Of a stretch of DNA of 64,000 nt, positions 26,361-36,336 are shown piece by piece (the stretch's first letter is position 1; each line of letters begins with the position of its first letter). Made by a program: the position numbers and the translations under genes. The notes below the pieces were generated by a model. It did not search any database and was not told where the DNA came from. It saw nothing but the letters and a program-made list of their open reading frames with translations. The stretch lies in contig JAZRVN010000030.1 of the NCBI GenBank assembly GCA_045599225.1, positions 42,035-106,034 of the forward strand, in the 5' to 3' direction. The stretch is from Candidatus Cryptobacteroides sp. Lineage in GTDB: Bacteria; Bacteroidota; Bacteroidia; Bacteroidales; UBA932.

Positions 26361-27527
26361 ATGGATACTCAGGAACTGCAAAAAATAAAAAACAAGTTCG
26401 ACATTGTCGGAAACAATCCGGGTCTTGCCGTTGCCCTGGAGACGGCAGTTGCAGTTGCTCCTACCGATCTCACCGTACTCGTATGCGGTGAAAGCGGTGT
26501 CGGAAAAGAATCCATTCCCCAAATAATCCACCAGTTCAGCAGGCGCCGGAACGGCCGTTATCTCGCAGTCAACTGCGGGGCCATCCCGGAAGGAACCATC
26601 AACGCCGAACTCTTCGGGCACGAAAAAGGCTCTTTCACAGGAGCTATCGGAGAGAGGAAAGGTTATTTCGAAGAGGCGAACGGAGGCACTCTTTTCCTCG
26701 ACGAAATCGGGGAACTCCCAAAAGAAACCCAGGCTCTGCTGCTGAGGGTTCTCCAAAACGGAGAGTTTATGAAGGTAGGCTCTTCAAAAGTCGAGAAAAC
26801 AGATGTCCGGATCATAGCGGCAACAAATGTCGATCTTCGCAACGCCGTGCTCAGCGGCAAATTCAGGGAAGACCTCTATTACAGGCTCAATGCCATTCAG
26901 ATTAACGTTCCATCGCTTCGGGAACGCAAAGAAGACATCTACCTGCTTTTCCGGAAGTTCACGTCGGATTTTTCTGAAAAATACAATCTGTGCAAGGTAA
27001 ACCTCGACCATCAGGGGGTGGCTATGCTGAGTTCCTACCGATGGCCCGGAAACATCCGGCAGCTCAAGAACGTTGCCGAGACTGTTACGGCATTGGAGTC
27101 CAGGCCGGTAAGCCAGAATTCCGAACGCATCGAGATTCCCGCCTCCACCCTCATAAAATATCTGCCCGACGAGCAGGACACTCTCCTACCGGCCGTCTCA
27201 GACTCCAAACCCGGATCGATTTCCGATGACGACAAGCGTATGCTGGTAAAAGCTATCCTGGACCTCAAGGCCGAAGTCGAATCCCTGAAGAAAACCGTTT
27301 ATTCCGCCCAAAGCCCTACATCTCTCCCGGCTGGCGGAAACACTGCTCCCGACGACGATGCCGAATGGCAGGTTCCCCAGGAGGAGTTGTCTCTGAAGAA
27401 AGCCGGTCTGGATATGATAAACCGGGTGCTGGATAAGCATAACGGAAACATAAAGGCCGCCGCGGCAGAACTTGGAATATCGGAAAGGACCATTTACCGC
27501 AAACTGGCCAAAAACAAGGAAAAATGA
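26361..27527 (+). CDS. Sigma-54-dependent transcriptional activator (AAA+ and Fis-type HTH, no receiver domain)
   Basis: Walker A is GESGVGKE. Also present are GAFTGA-like GSFTGA, Walker B LFLDEIGEL, and a C-terminal HTH (AAAELGISERTIYRKL). I placed the ATG at 26361. A -7 box TAACTTTG lies at 26333-26340. Confidence 0.9.
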   Translation: MDTQELQKIKNKFDIVGNNPGLAVALETAVAVAPTDLTVLVCGESGVGKESIPQIIHQFSRRRNGRYLAVNCGAIPEGTINAELFGHEKGSFTGAIGERKGYFEEANGGTLFLDEIGELPKETQALLLRVLQNGEFMKVGSSKVEKTDVRIIAATNVDLRNAVLSGKFREDLYYRLNAIQINVPSLRERKEDIYLLFRKFTSDFSEKYNLCKVNLDHQGVAMLSSYRWPGNIRQLKNVAETVTALESRPVSQNSERIEIPASTLIKYLPDEQDTLLPAVSDSKPGSISDDDKRMLVKAILDLKAEVESLKKTVYSAQSPTSLPAGGNTAPDDDAEWQVPQEELSLKKAGLDMINRVLDKHNGNIKAAAAELGISERTIYRKLAKNKEK

Positions 27528-28024
27528 AAAAGTTCCTCTTCTTTGCACTTTCTGCGCTCATTCTTCAATCCTGCCGTGTGAGCTACTCGTTTTCCGGTAC
27601 TTCCATACAGCAGGACGTGAATACGATTTATATCGAGCTCTTCGAATACAAGGCCCTGCTGGTGAATCCGACCCTCAGCAACGAACTTACCGAAAAAATA
27701 AGGGACCAGTTCCGCAGGCTTACCAAACTCGAACAGGTCGACGGAAACTCCGACCTCGAACTCACCGGAGCCATAACCGGCTACAGCATAAGTGCACAGG
27801 CGATTTCGGCAAACGAACAGGCGACTCAGAATAGGCTTACAGTGGAGGTTTCCATTAACTTCGTGAACAACAAACATCCCGAAGACAACGTGGAACAGAA
27901 GTTCTCGGCCTATGCCGATTTCCCTTCCTCAAGCCCTCTTTCCAGCGTAGAGAGTTCTCTGTGTGAGGAGATTATCGCCAAGCTTACCGAAGACATCTTC
28001 AATGCTACGGTGGCGCAGTGGTAA
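27524..28024 (+). CDS. Small lipoprotein, LptE-like (tentative)
   Basis: Lipobox ILQSC, 166 aa. The call rests on a 4 nt overlap with the sigma-54 regulator gene and on my memory of regulator-lptE-secG synteny in Bacteroidales. Confidence 0.4.
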   Translation: MKKFLFFALSALILQSCRVSYSFSGTSIQQDVNTIYIELFEYKALLVNPTLSNELTEKIRDQFRRLTKLEQVDGNSDLELTGAITGYSISAQAISANEQATQNRLTVEVSINFVNNKHPEDNVEQKFSAYADFPSSSPLSSVESSLCEEIIAKLTEDIFNATVAQW

Positions 28025-28103
28025 AAGTATTTTTGCGAAAGTCCAATAAAAATATTTACTTTGCAACCCTTTGATATAAAATAAAAAAGAAAAACATTAC
28101 AAT

Positions 28104-28454
28104 ATGAACGCAATTTTTACAATTCTGACCGTCCTTATTATCATTGCGGCAGTCCTTCTTATTCTTGTAGTTCTGCTTCAGAACGGAAAGGGTGACGGAC
28201 TTGCAAGCAATTTCGTTGCAGGAAACCAGACTTTCGGTGTACGTCAGACAGCCGACCTTCTCGAGAAAATAACCTGGGGACTCGTAATATTCATTCTTGC
28301 AGTTTCCATCATTTCCACCTTCACACTCAACAGTAAGAGCGCAAGCGGTGTAGGTGTATCGGTAGAAGATGAACTCAACAAAATAGAGCAGCCCGTTTTC
28401 CCGACTGCTCCCATTGAAAACGCAGATCCCTCTGCAACAACTTCAGAAGAATAA
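28104..28454 (+). CDS. secG: Preprotein translocase subunit SecG
   Basis: Two TM segments and the LLQNGKGDG motif. Confidence 0.9.
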   Translation: MNAIFTILTVLIIIAAVLLILVVLLQNGKGDGLASNFVAGNQTFGVRQTADLLEKITWGLVIFILAVSIISTFTLNSKSASGVGVSVEDELNKIEQPVFPTAPIENADPSATTSEE

Positions 28455-28463
28455 TCTGTCCGC

Positions 28464-30152
28464 TCAACGGACTTGAATTACGGGGCCGTGGTCTTTGACT
28501 ACGGCCTCTTTCCATTTCCGGGTATAGCCGGGCTGGTTGAGGGTAACCTTCCCCTCTTCGTCCTTTTCCTTAACGTTTCCGTCGATAAACATAACCAGCA
28601 GGGCTTTCTCCAAACGGCTCCAGGAGGCAAACTGCTTCTGTGCCGTATCCACAGTATAGTCTGTCAGGGCGCGGCGCACTCTCCATTCCGCCAGTTTGCC
28701 CAGCAGCCCTTTCCTGTGCGTACCGTACATTTTCACGGCCAGAGAGTCGAAACGGGGAACTTCCCTGCTCATTTGAGCGTTCTCAAATTCATCGACAGCC
28801 TTTCTTACCACCGGTTCCATTTGGTTGTACATCTTGTAACAGCTGTTGGAAATACGGTTGTTCATCCAGAACGACGCCGTCTCGGAGTACCTGAAAAGGT
28901 CTCCGTTTCCTACGCGGAAGCATTCGGGAACCACTCTCGTATTTACATAAATTGGTGTAAGATAAGATGTTGCGGCATCGTCGGTACCAAACCACAAAAG
29001 AGCCCCGACAATATCGGGAAGAGCGGCGCGGCTCTGAGCCACAAACCAGAATCCCGTCTGCTGGGTTGCAATCGCCCTTTCATTCACGTAAGTCTTTCCG
29101 TCCACCTCGAACTCCATCGGCCTCCAACGGTAGGGGCAGGCATTCCCGCCGGCGCCTATGTCGGTTCTCATATCCATCGGGGTACCCTCGTAATGGTCGC
29201 GCATAACGTCGGCAACGTCCTTCACTCCCACCGGCTGAGCAGGTTTTACCCAAAGAGGCAATTCTCCTTTCAAATCATAACCCATAGCGTAGTTAAGGTA
29301 TTCCGATGCCCCCCTGCTCCTTTCGACTCCGTCTTCCTCCCAAGTGAAGGTCCCGTCGCAAAGGATATTGAATGCACTCCAAACTCGGGCGTCACAGCCT
29401 CTTACGGTACCGAAATCCAACGGGCAGTAAGCCTCGCGGAAGCTGAACTCGGCGTCGGGCCCGTCGTAGTAGCCTTTCTCCCTTGCAAAACTTATTACAT
29501 CGGCGGAATACAGAGTGTTAGGGTCGTTCAACGGGAAACGGGTAATTCTGGGCTGATTGGCGTGAGCGCAGATGTATCCGTCGGGAATCCTTCTGGCCAC
29601 CCATACAATACCCTTGTTCCCTTCTCCCTTGCCGATGAGGTCCATAATCCAGGCCTCCTCCCTGTCGGCAATCGAAAAGGTTTCTCCTTCCGACGGATAA
29701 CCGTGCTCGGCGGCCAGTTCCACTATGGTCTGTATTGCCTCGCGGGCGGTAGAAGCCCTTTGCAGGGTAACGTAGATAAGGGAACCGTAATCCATAATTC
29801 CGTCCGGCTCAATAAGTTCCTCCCGGCCTCCCCAGGTTGTTTCGGCAATCACGAGCTGTTTTTCGTTCATATTGCCCACCGTCTGATAGGTAAACGGAAC
29901 CTGAGGTATGCTTCCTCTTCTTACAGAAGTGTCCCAATCTACGATTTCCCTCTCGCTTCCCTTGCGATACCGTCCCGAAGACTGAAAATACAGCTCTCCG
30001 TACAGCATATGCGAATCGGCTGCATAAGATACCATATTCGAACCGTCGCTGCTGGCTCCGCGGGTTACTATTACGTTTGTACAGGCAAGGGAACTGTAAC
30101 TGTACAGCATCGACATTGCGATAACAGAGGCGATAAGGAGGACTTTTCTCAT
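28464..30152 (-). CDS. C69-family dipeptidase (secreted, N-terminal nucleophile Cys)
   Basis: I chose the start at MRKVLLIASVIAMSMLYSYSSLAC-TNVIV, a signal peptide followed by the Cys nucleophile. The upstream 133 codons of the ORF track overlap the divergent gene. Confidence 0.8.
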   Translation of the reverse strand: MRKVLLIASVIAMSMLYSYSSLACTNVIVTRGASSDGSNMVSYAADSHMLYGELYFQSSGRYRKGSEREIVDWDTSVRRGSIPQVPFTYQTVGNMNEKQLVIAETTWGGREELIEPDGIMDYGSLIYVTLQRASTAREAIQTIVELAAEHGYPSEGETFSIADREEAWIMDLIGKGEGNKGIVWVARRIPDGYICAHANQPRITRFPLNDPNTLYSADVISFAREKGYYDGPDAEFSFREAYCPLDFGTVRGCDARVWSAFNILCDGTFTWEEDGVERSRGASEYLNYAMGYDLKGELPLWVKPAQPVGVKDVADVMRDHYEGTPMDMRTDIGAGGNACPYRWRPMEFEVDGKTYVNERAIATQQTGFWFVAQSRAALPDIVGALLWFGTDDAATSYLTPIYVNTRVVPECFRVGNGDLFRYSETASFWMNNRISNSCYKMYNQMEPVVRKAVDEFENAQMSREVPRFDSLAVKMYGTHRKGLLGKLAEWRVRRALTDYTVDTAQKQFASWSRLEKALLVMFIDGNVKEKDEEGKVTLNQPGYTRKWKEAVVKDHGPVIQVR

Positions 30153-30203
30153 TTTGTCGTTTTGCTTTAAATTTCTATTTTTGTGTTCACTATCTGCAAA
30201 AGT

Positions 30204-30617
30204 ATGAAAATTCGTCTTATTATCATAGCTTTCGCCCTGTTGCTCCCTCTCAGTGTTCCGGCACAGGAGCAGGGTCCCAAGACTCCCGAACAGGAGATGA
30301 AGGAATTTCTGGAATTCGTCGAAAAAACCGTCACCCGTTTCCAGGAGTCCTATAACCTCGAAGACTGGCAATGTTTCTACGTCGATTCCATTCTCACCCA
30401 CGACTATCTGGCCCTCAAGGACGAGTTGGAAGTGCTCGGAAAGAACAAAGTGACCACAGCTTCCCTGTACACGGAAATCCAGGACAAATGGATGGAGCAG
30501 ATTTCCCTGTCGCTCAAGAAGGTCTTTACTCCCGAGCAGTGGGCAAAACATCTCAAATACGGAGAGGCAAGGGCACAGAAAGAAAGGGACAAAAGGCGGG
30601 CTAAACGGGAAAAATAA
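30204..30617 (+). CDS. Hypothetical secreted protein with Lys/Arg-rich tail
   Basis: Signal peptide MKIRLIIIAFALLLPLSVPAQ. I recognise no family. Confidence 0.5.
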   Translation: MKIRLIIIAFALLLPLSVPAQEQGPKTPEQEMKEFLEFVEKTVTRFQESYNLEDWQCFYVDSILTHDYLALKDELEVLGKNKVTTASLYTEIQDKWMEQISLSLKKVFTPEQWAKHLKYGEARAQKERDKRRAKREK

Positions 30618-30618
30618 T

Positions 30619-31656
30619 ATGAAACACGAAGATATAGAGAAATTGCTGGCCGAAGTTCAGGCCCTCGAATGCAAAACGGCAAAAGAAGTTGAAGACGCGC
30701 GAATCAGGCTTCTTGGGAAAAAAGGCAGCATCACTGCTCTGTTCGATGAATTCCGCATTGTGGACAAAGAGATCAAGCGTGAACTCGGACGTCCTCTCAA
30801 CGAACTCAAGCAGGCGGCAACCGCTAAAATAGAAGAACTTAAGGAAAACATTGGAGATGACACCTCTTCCCAGGGTCCTAAGGAAGACCTTTCTATGCCG
30901 GGAGAACCGTTCCCTTTGGGGTCAAGGCATCCGGTGAGCATCGTGCGCCAGCAAATCGTAGATATCTTCAGAAAATTCGGATACGACGTTGCCGAGGGGC
31001 CCGAAGTCGAGGACGACTATCACGTTTTCGAAGCTCTAAACTTCCCTCCCAACCATCCTGCCCGCGATATGCAGGACACTTTCTTTGTTTCCGCCGGGCA
31101 TCCCAACCCCCTGCTTCTGCGTACCCATACCTCTTCGGTACAGGTTCGCGCTATGGAGAAGATGGATTTGCCCATCCGTGTCATCTGCCCGGGAAGAGTT
31201 TTCAGAAACGAGGCCATCAGCGCCCGTGCGCACTGCATTTTCCATCAGGTCGAAGGCCTTTATATCGATGAAGGAGTTACCTTTGCCGACCTCAAGCAGG
31301 CCATTCTGCTGTTCGCCCGCGAAATGTTCGGCCCGCAGACCGAAATCCGTATGAGACCTTCGTTCTTCCCGTTCACCGAACCCTCGGCAGAGGTCGACGT
31401 GAGTTGCAACATCTGCCACGGCAAGGGCTGCAATATCTGCAAGGGAACCGGCTGGCTGGAAATTCTGGGATGCGGAATGGTCGATCCCAACGTGCTCAAG
31501 GCCTCTGGAATCGACCCTGAAAAATACTCCGGCTTCGCCTTCGGAATGGGTTTGGAGCGTATTGCTATGCTCAAATGGAGGGTCAACGACCTTCGCCACT
31601 ACTTCGAGAACGACCTCCGTTTCCTCAAGGAATTTGAAAGTTCGGTAGAGGTATAG
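30619..31656 (+). CDS. pheS: Phenylalanine--tRNA ligase alpha subunit
   Basis: HPARDMQDTFF, RTHTSSVQVR, FRNEAIS, GMGLERIAML. Confidence 0.95.
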   Translation: MKHEDIEKLLAEVQALECKTAKEVEDARIRLLGKKGSITALFDEFRIVDKEIKRELGRPLNELKQAATAKIEELKENIGDDTSSQGPKEDLSMPGEPFPLGSRHPVSIVRQQIVDIFRKFGYDVAEGPEVEDDYHVFEALNFPPNHPARDMQDTFFVSAGHPNPLLLRTHTSSVQVRAMEKMDLPIRVICPGRVFRNEAISARAHCIFHQVEGLYIDEGVTFADLKQAILLFAREMFGPQTEIRMRPSFFPFTEPSAEVDVSCNICHGKGCNICKGTGWLEILGCGMVDPNVLKASGIDPEKYSGFAFGMGLERIAMLKWRVNDLRHYFENDLRFLKEFESSVEV

Positions 31657-31665
31657 TTTACGATT

Positions 31666-33057
31666 ATGAAAATCCTGTCCATAACGGCATCCGTCTTGTC
31701 GGCAGTACTCCTGACGGCCGGTTGCACGCAGGTAAAAACCGGCAGCATTGTTCTTCAAGGCAACGTTCAAGGCAGTCCCGAGCAGGTTGTCGTAGTGTCT
31801 TTCCTTTCGGGACAACCCATAAATTATCATTACCCGGCAGTGAACGAAGGCAAATTCGAATTCACTATGGACAACGTGGAAGGGTTTGCCGACCTCATTG
31901 TTTCCGTTGGAGGCGTTGAGTTCGGCGCACGCATCAATGCCCTCGACACGCTTAGGATGGACTTTGTCGTGAACAAACCGGCAACCGATGTGACAGTTTC
32001 TTATCACGGCTCTACCGAGAAGGAAAGCCGTATCTGGAAAGATTTCTATGAAACCTATCACCGCTTCAGTTCATACAACCTGCCCAAAACCAACCCCGAA
32101 ATGTCTTTCGACGACTGCATCGCTCTGCTGGACAAAAACGATGCAAAGTTCAGGGCCGACCACAAAGCGGATATGAACGGGTACTACACTCATCGCGCAA
32201 ATCTTTCATACGCCCTTCTCAAAGCCATATTGCTGGATCAGAAAGCCTATGAGGAAGGGGTAAATTCCTATGATTTCCCGGAATACAGCGACCTTATGGC
32301 CGTAGTAGACCCCAACGACCCCGACGAAGTGACTTTCCCTTTGGTCAACCGCTGGGCCTATTTCCATATGGATGAATTCGGAGACGACCCTGTCGTAAGT
32401 GCAAGTGAATTCCTGAAGAATTACGGGAAACAGATTAACAACCCTGCAGTCAAGTCGATGCTTGCAAAAAACATCGCCTCGTACTGTGTATCCGAGCCGG
32501 ATCTCAGTTCTCTCGAAAAATATGAAAACCTGCTGGAGGCCTTGAACTGCTTTATTCCTGAAAATCCCGAGATTGCACAAGCTTGCCGCAGTAAAATCAA
32601 TGCAGCAAGGGACTCTCAGCCGGGCCAGCCCGTTCCCGATACAATTATGGAGACTATCGACGGCAGCGAGATCTCTCTGTCATCGATGTTCGGAAAAGTC
32701 CTCTACATAGATGTCTGGGCCACCTGGTGCGGCCCCTGCGTAAAGGAAGTCCCTTATTTCAAGGCTCTTGCCCAAAAGTACAGGGAAGACGGCAGAATCT
32801 GCTTCATAAGCCTGTCCATCGACAGGGACAAGGACAGGGACCGATGGGTAGAATTCATTGATAAAGAGAAGCCATTCTGGCCGCAGTTCAGACTCGACGA
32901 CACTCACCAGAACACCTTCTGCAGCAAGGTGGGCATCAACGCTATCCCCAGATTTCTTCTGATCGGACCCGACGGCAAGTTCATCACCGGCAACTGCGCC
33001 CGCCCTTCAAACGAGAATATCCAAGACATCCTCGAAATCGCGATAGCTGGCCTGTAG
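31666..33057 (+). CDS. TlpA-like thiol-disulfide oxidoreductase lipoprotein
   Basis: Lipobox LTAGC and a C-terminal thioredoxin fold with WATWCGPC. Confidence 0.85.
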   Translation: MKILSITASVLSAVLLTAGCTQVKTGSIVLQGNVQGSPEQVVVVSFLSGQPINYHYPAVNEGKFEFTMDNVEGFADLIVSVGGVEFGARINALDTLRMDFVVNKPATDVTVSYHGSTEKESRIWKDFYETYHRFSSYNLPKTNPEMSFDDCIALLDKNDAKFRADHKADMNGYYTHRANLSYALLKAILLDQKAYEEGVNSYDFPEYSDLMAVVDPNDPDEVTFPLVNRWAYFHMDEFGDDPVVSASEFLKNYGKQINNPAVKSMLAKNIASYCVSEPDLSSLEKYENLLEALNCFIPENPEIAQACRSKINAARDSQPGQPVPDTIMETIDGSEISLSSMFGKVLYIDVWATWCGPCVKEVPYFKALAQKYREDGRICFISLSIDRDKDRDRWVEFIDKEKPFWPQFRLDDTHQNTFCSKVGINAIPRFLLIGPDGKFITGNCARPSNENIQDILEIAIAGL

Positions 33058-33069
33058 CGGCCCTATCTC

Positions 33070-33585
33070 CTACTTTGTTTGCGCATTACGCGAGTGACTC
33101 GCGTCCGCGCAACTTTCTTCGTAGCCCAGGGCTATGACGCAAAGGACGCGGCGGCCGGCGGGGATGTCTATGACTGTGCGCAGGTAGTCTTCGGCAGTAC
33201 CTAATGAGGCGTCTTTGCGGCTGCGGGGGCGTCCGTTGACGTGAACCCAACAGCTTCCGAGACCCTTATCCACGGCGGAAAGATGTAGGAACGTGGCGCT
33301 TATGGCGGCGTTATCCACCCACAGGTCGGTCTTTTCCGTATTTCCCATTACCACTATTGCGGCAGCGGCCCCTTTGATAAGGGCGGAGCCGAAATCGCGC
33401 ATTTGGGAAATGGCTTCGAGCGTGGCTTTATCTTCAACCACCAGGAACTCGCTGCTTCTGCAGTTCTTTGAAGACGGTGCGGTGAGAGCCTCCGATATCA
33501 TTTCATCGATAAGGGAGCGCTCCACCGCACGGTCGGTAAATTTTCTGACGCTGTGCCTTGCGGCAATCAATTCCTTGTATTCCAT
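33070..33585 (-). CDS. Nitroreductase-family protein
   Basis: 171 aa. RHSVRKF is typical of the NADH oxidase/flavin reductase fold. The C-terminal tail is encoded by the palindromic repeat. Confidence 0.8.
   Translation of the reverse strand: MEYKELIAARHSVRKFTDRAVERSLIDEMISEALTAPSSKNCRSSEFLVVEDKATLEAISQMRDFGSALIKGAAAAIVVMGNTEKTDLWVDNAAISATFLHLSAVDKGLGSCWVHVNGRPRSRKDASLGTAEDYLRTVIDIPAGRRVLCVIALGYEESCADASHSRNAQTK
33079..33112 (-). repeat. 34 bp palindromic repeat, copy 2
   Basis: The plus strand reads TTGCGCATTACGCGAGTGACTCGCGTCCGCGCAA. It overlaps the last codons (..CADASHSRNAQ..) of the nitroreductase ORF. Confidence 0.85.
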
Positions 33586-33593
33586 TTTTCCTG

Positions 33594-34595
33594 CTAGAAC
33601 AGTTTCAGATTATCGAAAGACGGGGTTAACTCTCCGTCTTCAATCTTATGTACAATCTCAACCACCTTGTCGTTCATAGGGGTAGGACATCCCACCTTCC
33701 GCCCATAGGCGCAAACACTGCCGTTGATGGAATCGACCTCGGTTTTCTTGCCGTTCTCTATATCCTGCAGCATACTGGCCTTGAGCAGACGGTGCTTTTT
33801 AATCGCAAACGGAAGAAGAAGCAGGGAAACCGCCTTCTTGACAGGATTTGAATAGTTGAAAAGCTTCACGATATCCTTACCCTGAACCGGCTCTATGCGT
33901 ATTCCTCCGGCGGAGCACACGTCCATACATTCTTTCATTATAGCCTGCACCACCTTTCTCTGGGGAATCTCCGCTACCGTTTCTCCGAAAGTACAGCCCA
34001 GCACTGCGCTCATTCCCGAGAATGCGGCGTTGATAAGCAGCTTGCTCCAACGGGTTCCTATGAAATTCTCTTCCATCTCCACGGGTCCCATAAGTTCGAG
34101 CAGAGCCTTCACGTCCTGAATGTACGCGTTGGGTCTTGGACTCGTGGAACCAAGAGAGAAAGTGAGGCTGTCAGGCTCGCTGGTAAGTTCGCACACTCCG
34201 TCTCCGGTCTTTGTCGCACCCCAGGCAACCGTACATCCCAGCACGTGGTCTTCACCCACGATTTCACTGATAAGCATCTCCGGGATTCCGTTCTGAAGCG
34301 TTACAATCACTCCGTCTTCGGTCAAAAAATCCTTCAGGAAGGTAACGACTTCACGATTCTGAAGCTGCTTTGTCATAAGGAAGACAATGTCGTACTTCCC
34401 CGTCATCTCTTCGGGAGTGTAAACCTCTACCTTCTGGGTAAAATTCACTGTTCCCGTAACAACCGCACCGTTTCTGCGGATGGCATCGACGTGTGCCCTG
34501 TTGCGGTTTATAAGGTCTATCCGACCTCCGTTCTTTGTGATGTAGGCTCCCAGAATCATTCCCAGGGAGCCTGCTCCGTAAATTGCCGCTCTCAT
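33594..34595 (-). CDS. Ketopantoate-reductase-family (PanE/ApbA) NAD(P)H oxidoreductase
   Basis: I placed the start at MRAAIYGAGSLGMILG (Rossmann GxGxxG). ATGA overlaps the upstream gene's stop. The longer ORF-track N-terminus overlaps the AcnX small-subunit gene. Confidence 0.75.
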   Translation of the reverse strand: MRAAIYGAGSLGMILGAYITKNGGRIDLINRNRAHVDAIRRNGAVVTGTVNFTQKVEVYTPEEMTGKYDIVFLMTKQLQNREVVTFLKDFLTEDGVIVTLQNGIPEMLISEIVGEDHVLGCTVAWGATKTGDGVCELTSEPDSLTFSLGSTSPRPNAYIQDVKALLELMGPVEMEENFIGTRWSKLLINAAFSGMSAVLGCTFGETVAEIPQRKVVQAIMKECMDVCSAGGIRIEPVQGKDIVKLFNYSNPVKKAVSLLLLPFAIKKHRLLKASMLQDIENGKKTEVDSINGSVCAYGRKVGCPTPMNDKVVEIVHKIEDGELTPSFDNLKLF

Positions 34596-35032
34596 AATAT
34601 TCTTACTGTTCCGTCTTCGGTTACTTCTACAATATCTCCTGTCTTTACCGTATCCAGAAACTCCTGTCCCAGCCGGTCTATGGCTATGATATTGCTGTTT
34701 TCCCATACTACCGACAGAATCACGCCGGCACCTGCCAGAGAATCGATGTGCTCCGAAAAGAGCAGGCAGGCGGGATTGATTCCCATCGAACAAATGACCT
34801 GAAGCACCATTCCTCCCGTTGTAGAACCTATTGTCTGCGGAAGGCACAGGGCTTTTCCGGTAACGTTCTTCTGGTAGATGTCGGGATTGTTCTGGTCGGC
34901 TATCTTCACTTTCTTGGCGTGCATTATCGCCGAACTCTGGAAACTTGCCAGAGTGTTTACGCCCCTATGGGACACTACGGCCTCTCCTTTATAATATCCG
35001 CCGTTGAGCACCCGTCCTTTGAATTCTTTCAT
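34592..35032 (-). CDS. Aconitase X swivel-domain protein (DUF126, AcnX small subunit)
   Basis: 146 aa. MKEFKGRVLNGGYYKGEAVVS..GKALCLPQTIGSTTGGMVL is the DUF126 pattern. It has 4 nt overlaps on both sides. Confidence 0.75.
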   Translation of the reverse strand: MKEFKGRVLNGGYYKGEAVVSHRGVNTLASFQSSAIMHAKKVKIADQNNPDIYQKNVTGKALCLPQTIGSTTGGMVLQVICSMGINPACLLFSEHIDSLAGAGVILSVVWENSNIIAIDRLGQEFLDTVKTGDIVEVTEDGTVRIL

Positions 35033-36330
35033 AATCTGTCCTCCTTTCCCGTTACGATGGCAAGCAATTCGTCATCTTTATAATACCTTGCAAGCGAATA
35101 TGTACGCAGTTTGTTGGAACAGGTCATAATCCTTCTCGACTTGGTGAGGGGATTCGACGTGTACATAAGAGGGCAGATGGAAGTGAGTTCCACCCCGGCC
35201 TTCCTTATCTGCGAGTATTTTCCGGTCTGGGCAAAAGCCTTGGCTACCGCAGGCGGAGTGAACAGAACCGTCTGGCAGGTAACCTTCTGTCTTCCGGCAG
35301 ATTTCAAGCCTTCCAGAATCCTGTCTGTCCAGTCCTCGAGCTGCGTCCTTGAAAGATGCGGGCAACCTATGAAAGCAATGGTACCCTTCTTTTCGGGTTC
35401 CTTCCACATTACAGGATAGGACTTGTACACTCTCTCAAGCTCGGCATCATCTATTACATACTCCCGGTATCCCTCCTGCAACAGGCTCCCGCCCTGTTCC
35501 TTCGCCTCCGGAGTAATGTTTTCGACGTGGTACAGACCCACGGCTCCGTTGGAAGCGGTGGCGGCTCCGAAATCCTTGAGATATGACTTGCATTCTTCAG
35601 TCAGCTCAGTTCCTATCCACTTGTCAAGACCCGTCACGTAAGGGACGTCTTCCATCACCTTAAGCCCTATGGCAGAACCCAGAATCTGGGGCAGAGGTTT
35701 TTTTGTGGTATTAACCGTAACCTTCCATTTGGCCTTGCGTCCCTCATCGGTCAAAAGACCGAACTTCGGAACATATCCTACAATGGAGCCGAAGAGCTCG
35801 ATCATACCGGAATTACGGTTGCAACGGGCTCCAAGCACCGAATTGGCGTAATTCACAGCACTGGATTCAGCCCAGGAAAGAATGTCTCCCTTCGCAGGAA
35901 CGTTCCCGATTTCGGGATAATAGCAGGTGCAGGTAAAGGCATCGTCGCTCTTGAGTCCGAGTTTGGTAAGCTGCTGTTCGTAACTTCCCTGCTTTCCGTA
36001 AAGAATCTTCGTGTAAAGAAGTTTGTCCAGAAGGCTGCAGCTTACATTCTCTATGTCGTTGGGACGCGGGTCGGCGGTGAAACCTTCCTCAACCTTAAGA
36101 CCGGCGTCAATCAACTCGTCCATTATCCTGAAAACAGGGGTGAGCAGCGACAGCCCGAAGGATGTAACCAGATGTCCCTGTCCGTGAGTCACTTTTACAA
36201 GTTCGGTAGCCTCGAACATATCGCCGTAACGCACGATTGTCTCCATCACCTTCGCTTTTACGGCGCCCTGTTTACCCTCCAGAATTTCTATCTGCTCGGG
36301 CGTCAGTTTCATTTTGTACCGGTATGCCAT
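35029..36330 (-). CDS. Aconitase X catalytic-domain protein (DUF521, AcnX large subunit)
   Basis: 433 aa. MKLTPEQIEILEGKQGAVKAKVMETIVRYGDMFEATELVKVTH is typical of DUF521 N-termini. Confidence 0.75.
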   Translation of the reverse strand: MAYRYKMKLTPEQIEILEGKQGAVKAKVMETIVRYGDMFEATELVKVTHGQGHLVTSFGLSLLTPVFRIMDELIDAGLKVEEGFTADPRPNDIENVSCSLLDKLLYTKILYGKQGSYEQQLTKLGLKSDDAFTCTCYYPEIGNVPAKGDILSWAESSAVNYANSVLGARCNRNSGMIELFGSIVGYVPKFGLLTDEGRKAKWKVTVNTTKKPLPQILGSAIGLKVMEDVPYVTGLDKWIGTELTEECKSYLKDFGAATASNGAVGLYHVENITPEAKEQGGSLLQEGYREYVIDDAELERVYKSYPVMWKEPEKKGTIAFIGCPHLSRTQLEDWTDRILEGLKSAGRQKVTCQTVLFTPPAVAKAFAQTGKYSQIRKAGVELTSICPLMYTSNPLTKSRRIMTCSNKLRTYSLARYYKDDELLAIVTGKEDRL

Positions 36331-36336
36331 ATCTTC

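Noticed and set aside
28473-30170. 565-aa ORF on the plus strand
   Set aside because: It is antisense to the C69 dipeptidase, which has a signal peptide and a catalytic Cys. No domain features are present, so it is a shadow ORF.
30153-30551. 133-codon N-terminal extension of the C69 dipeptidase ORF
   Set aside because: The extension overlaps the divergent gene at 30204. A canonical signal peptide followed by the nucleophile Cys begins at the internal Met (30152).
34596-34847. 84-codon N-terminal extension of the ketopantoate-reductase-like ORF
   Set aside because: It overlaps the AcnX small-subunit gene in another frame. The Rossmann GxGxxG motif begins right after the internal Met, which forms an ATGA overlap with the upstream stop.
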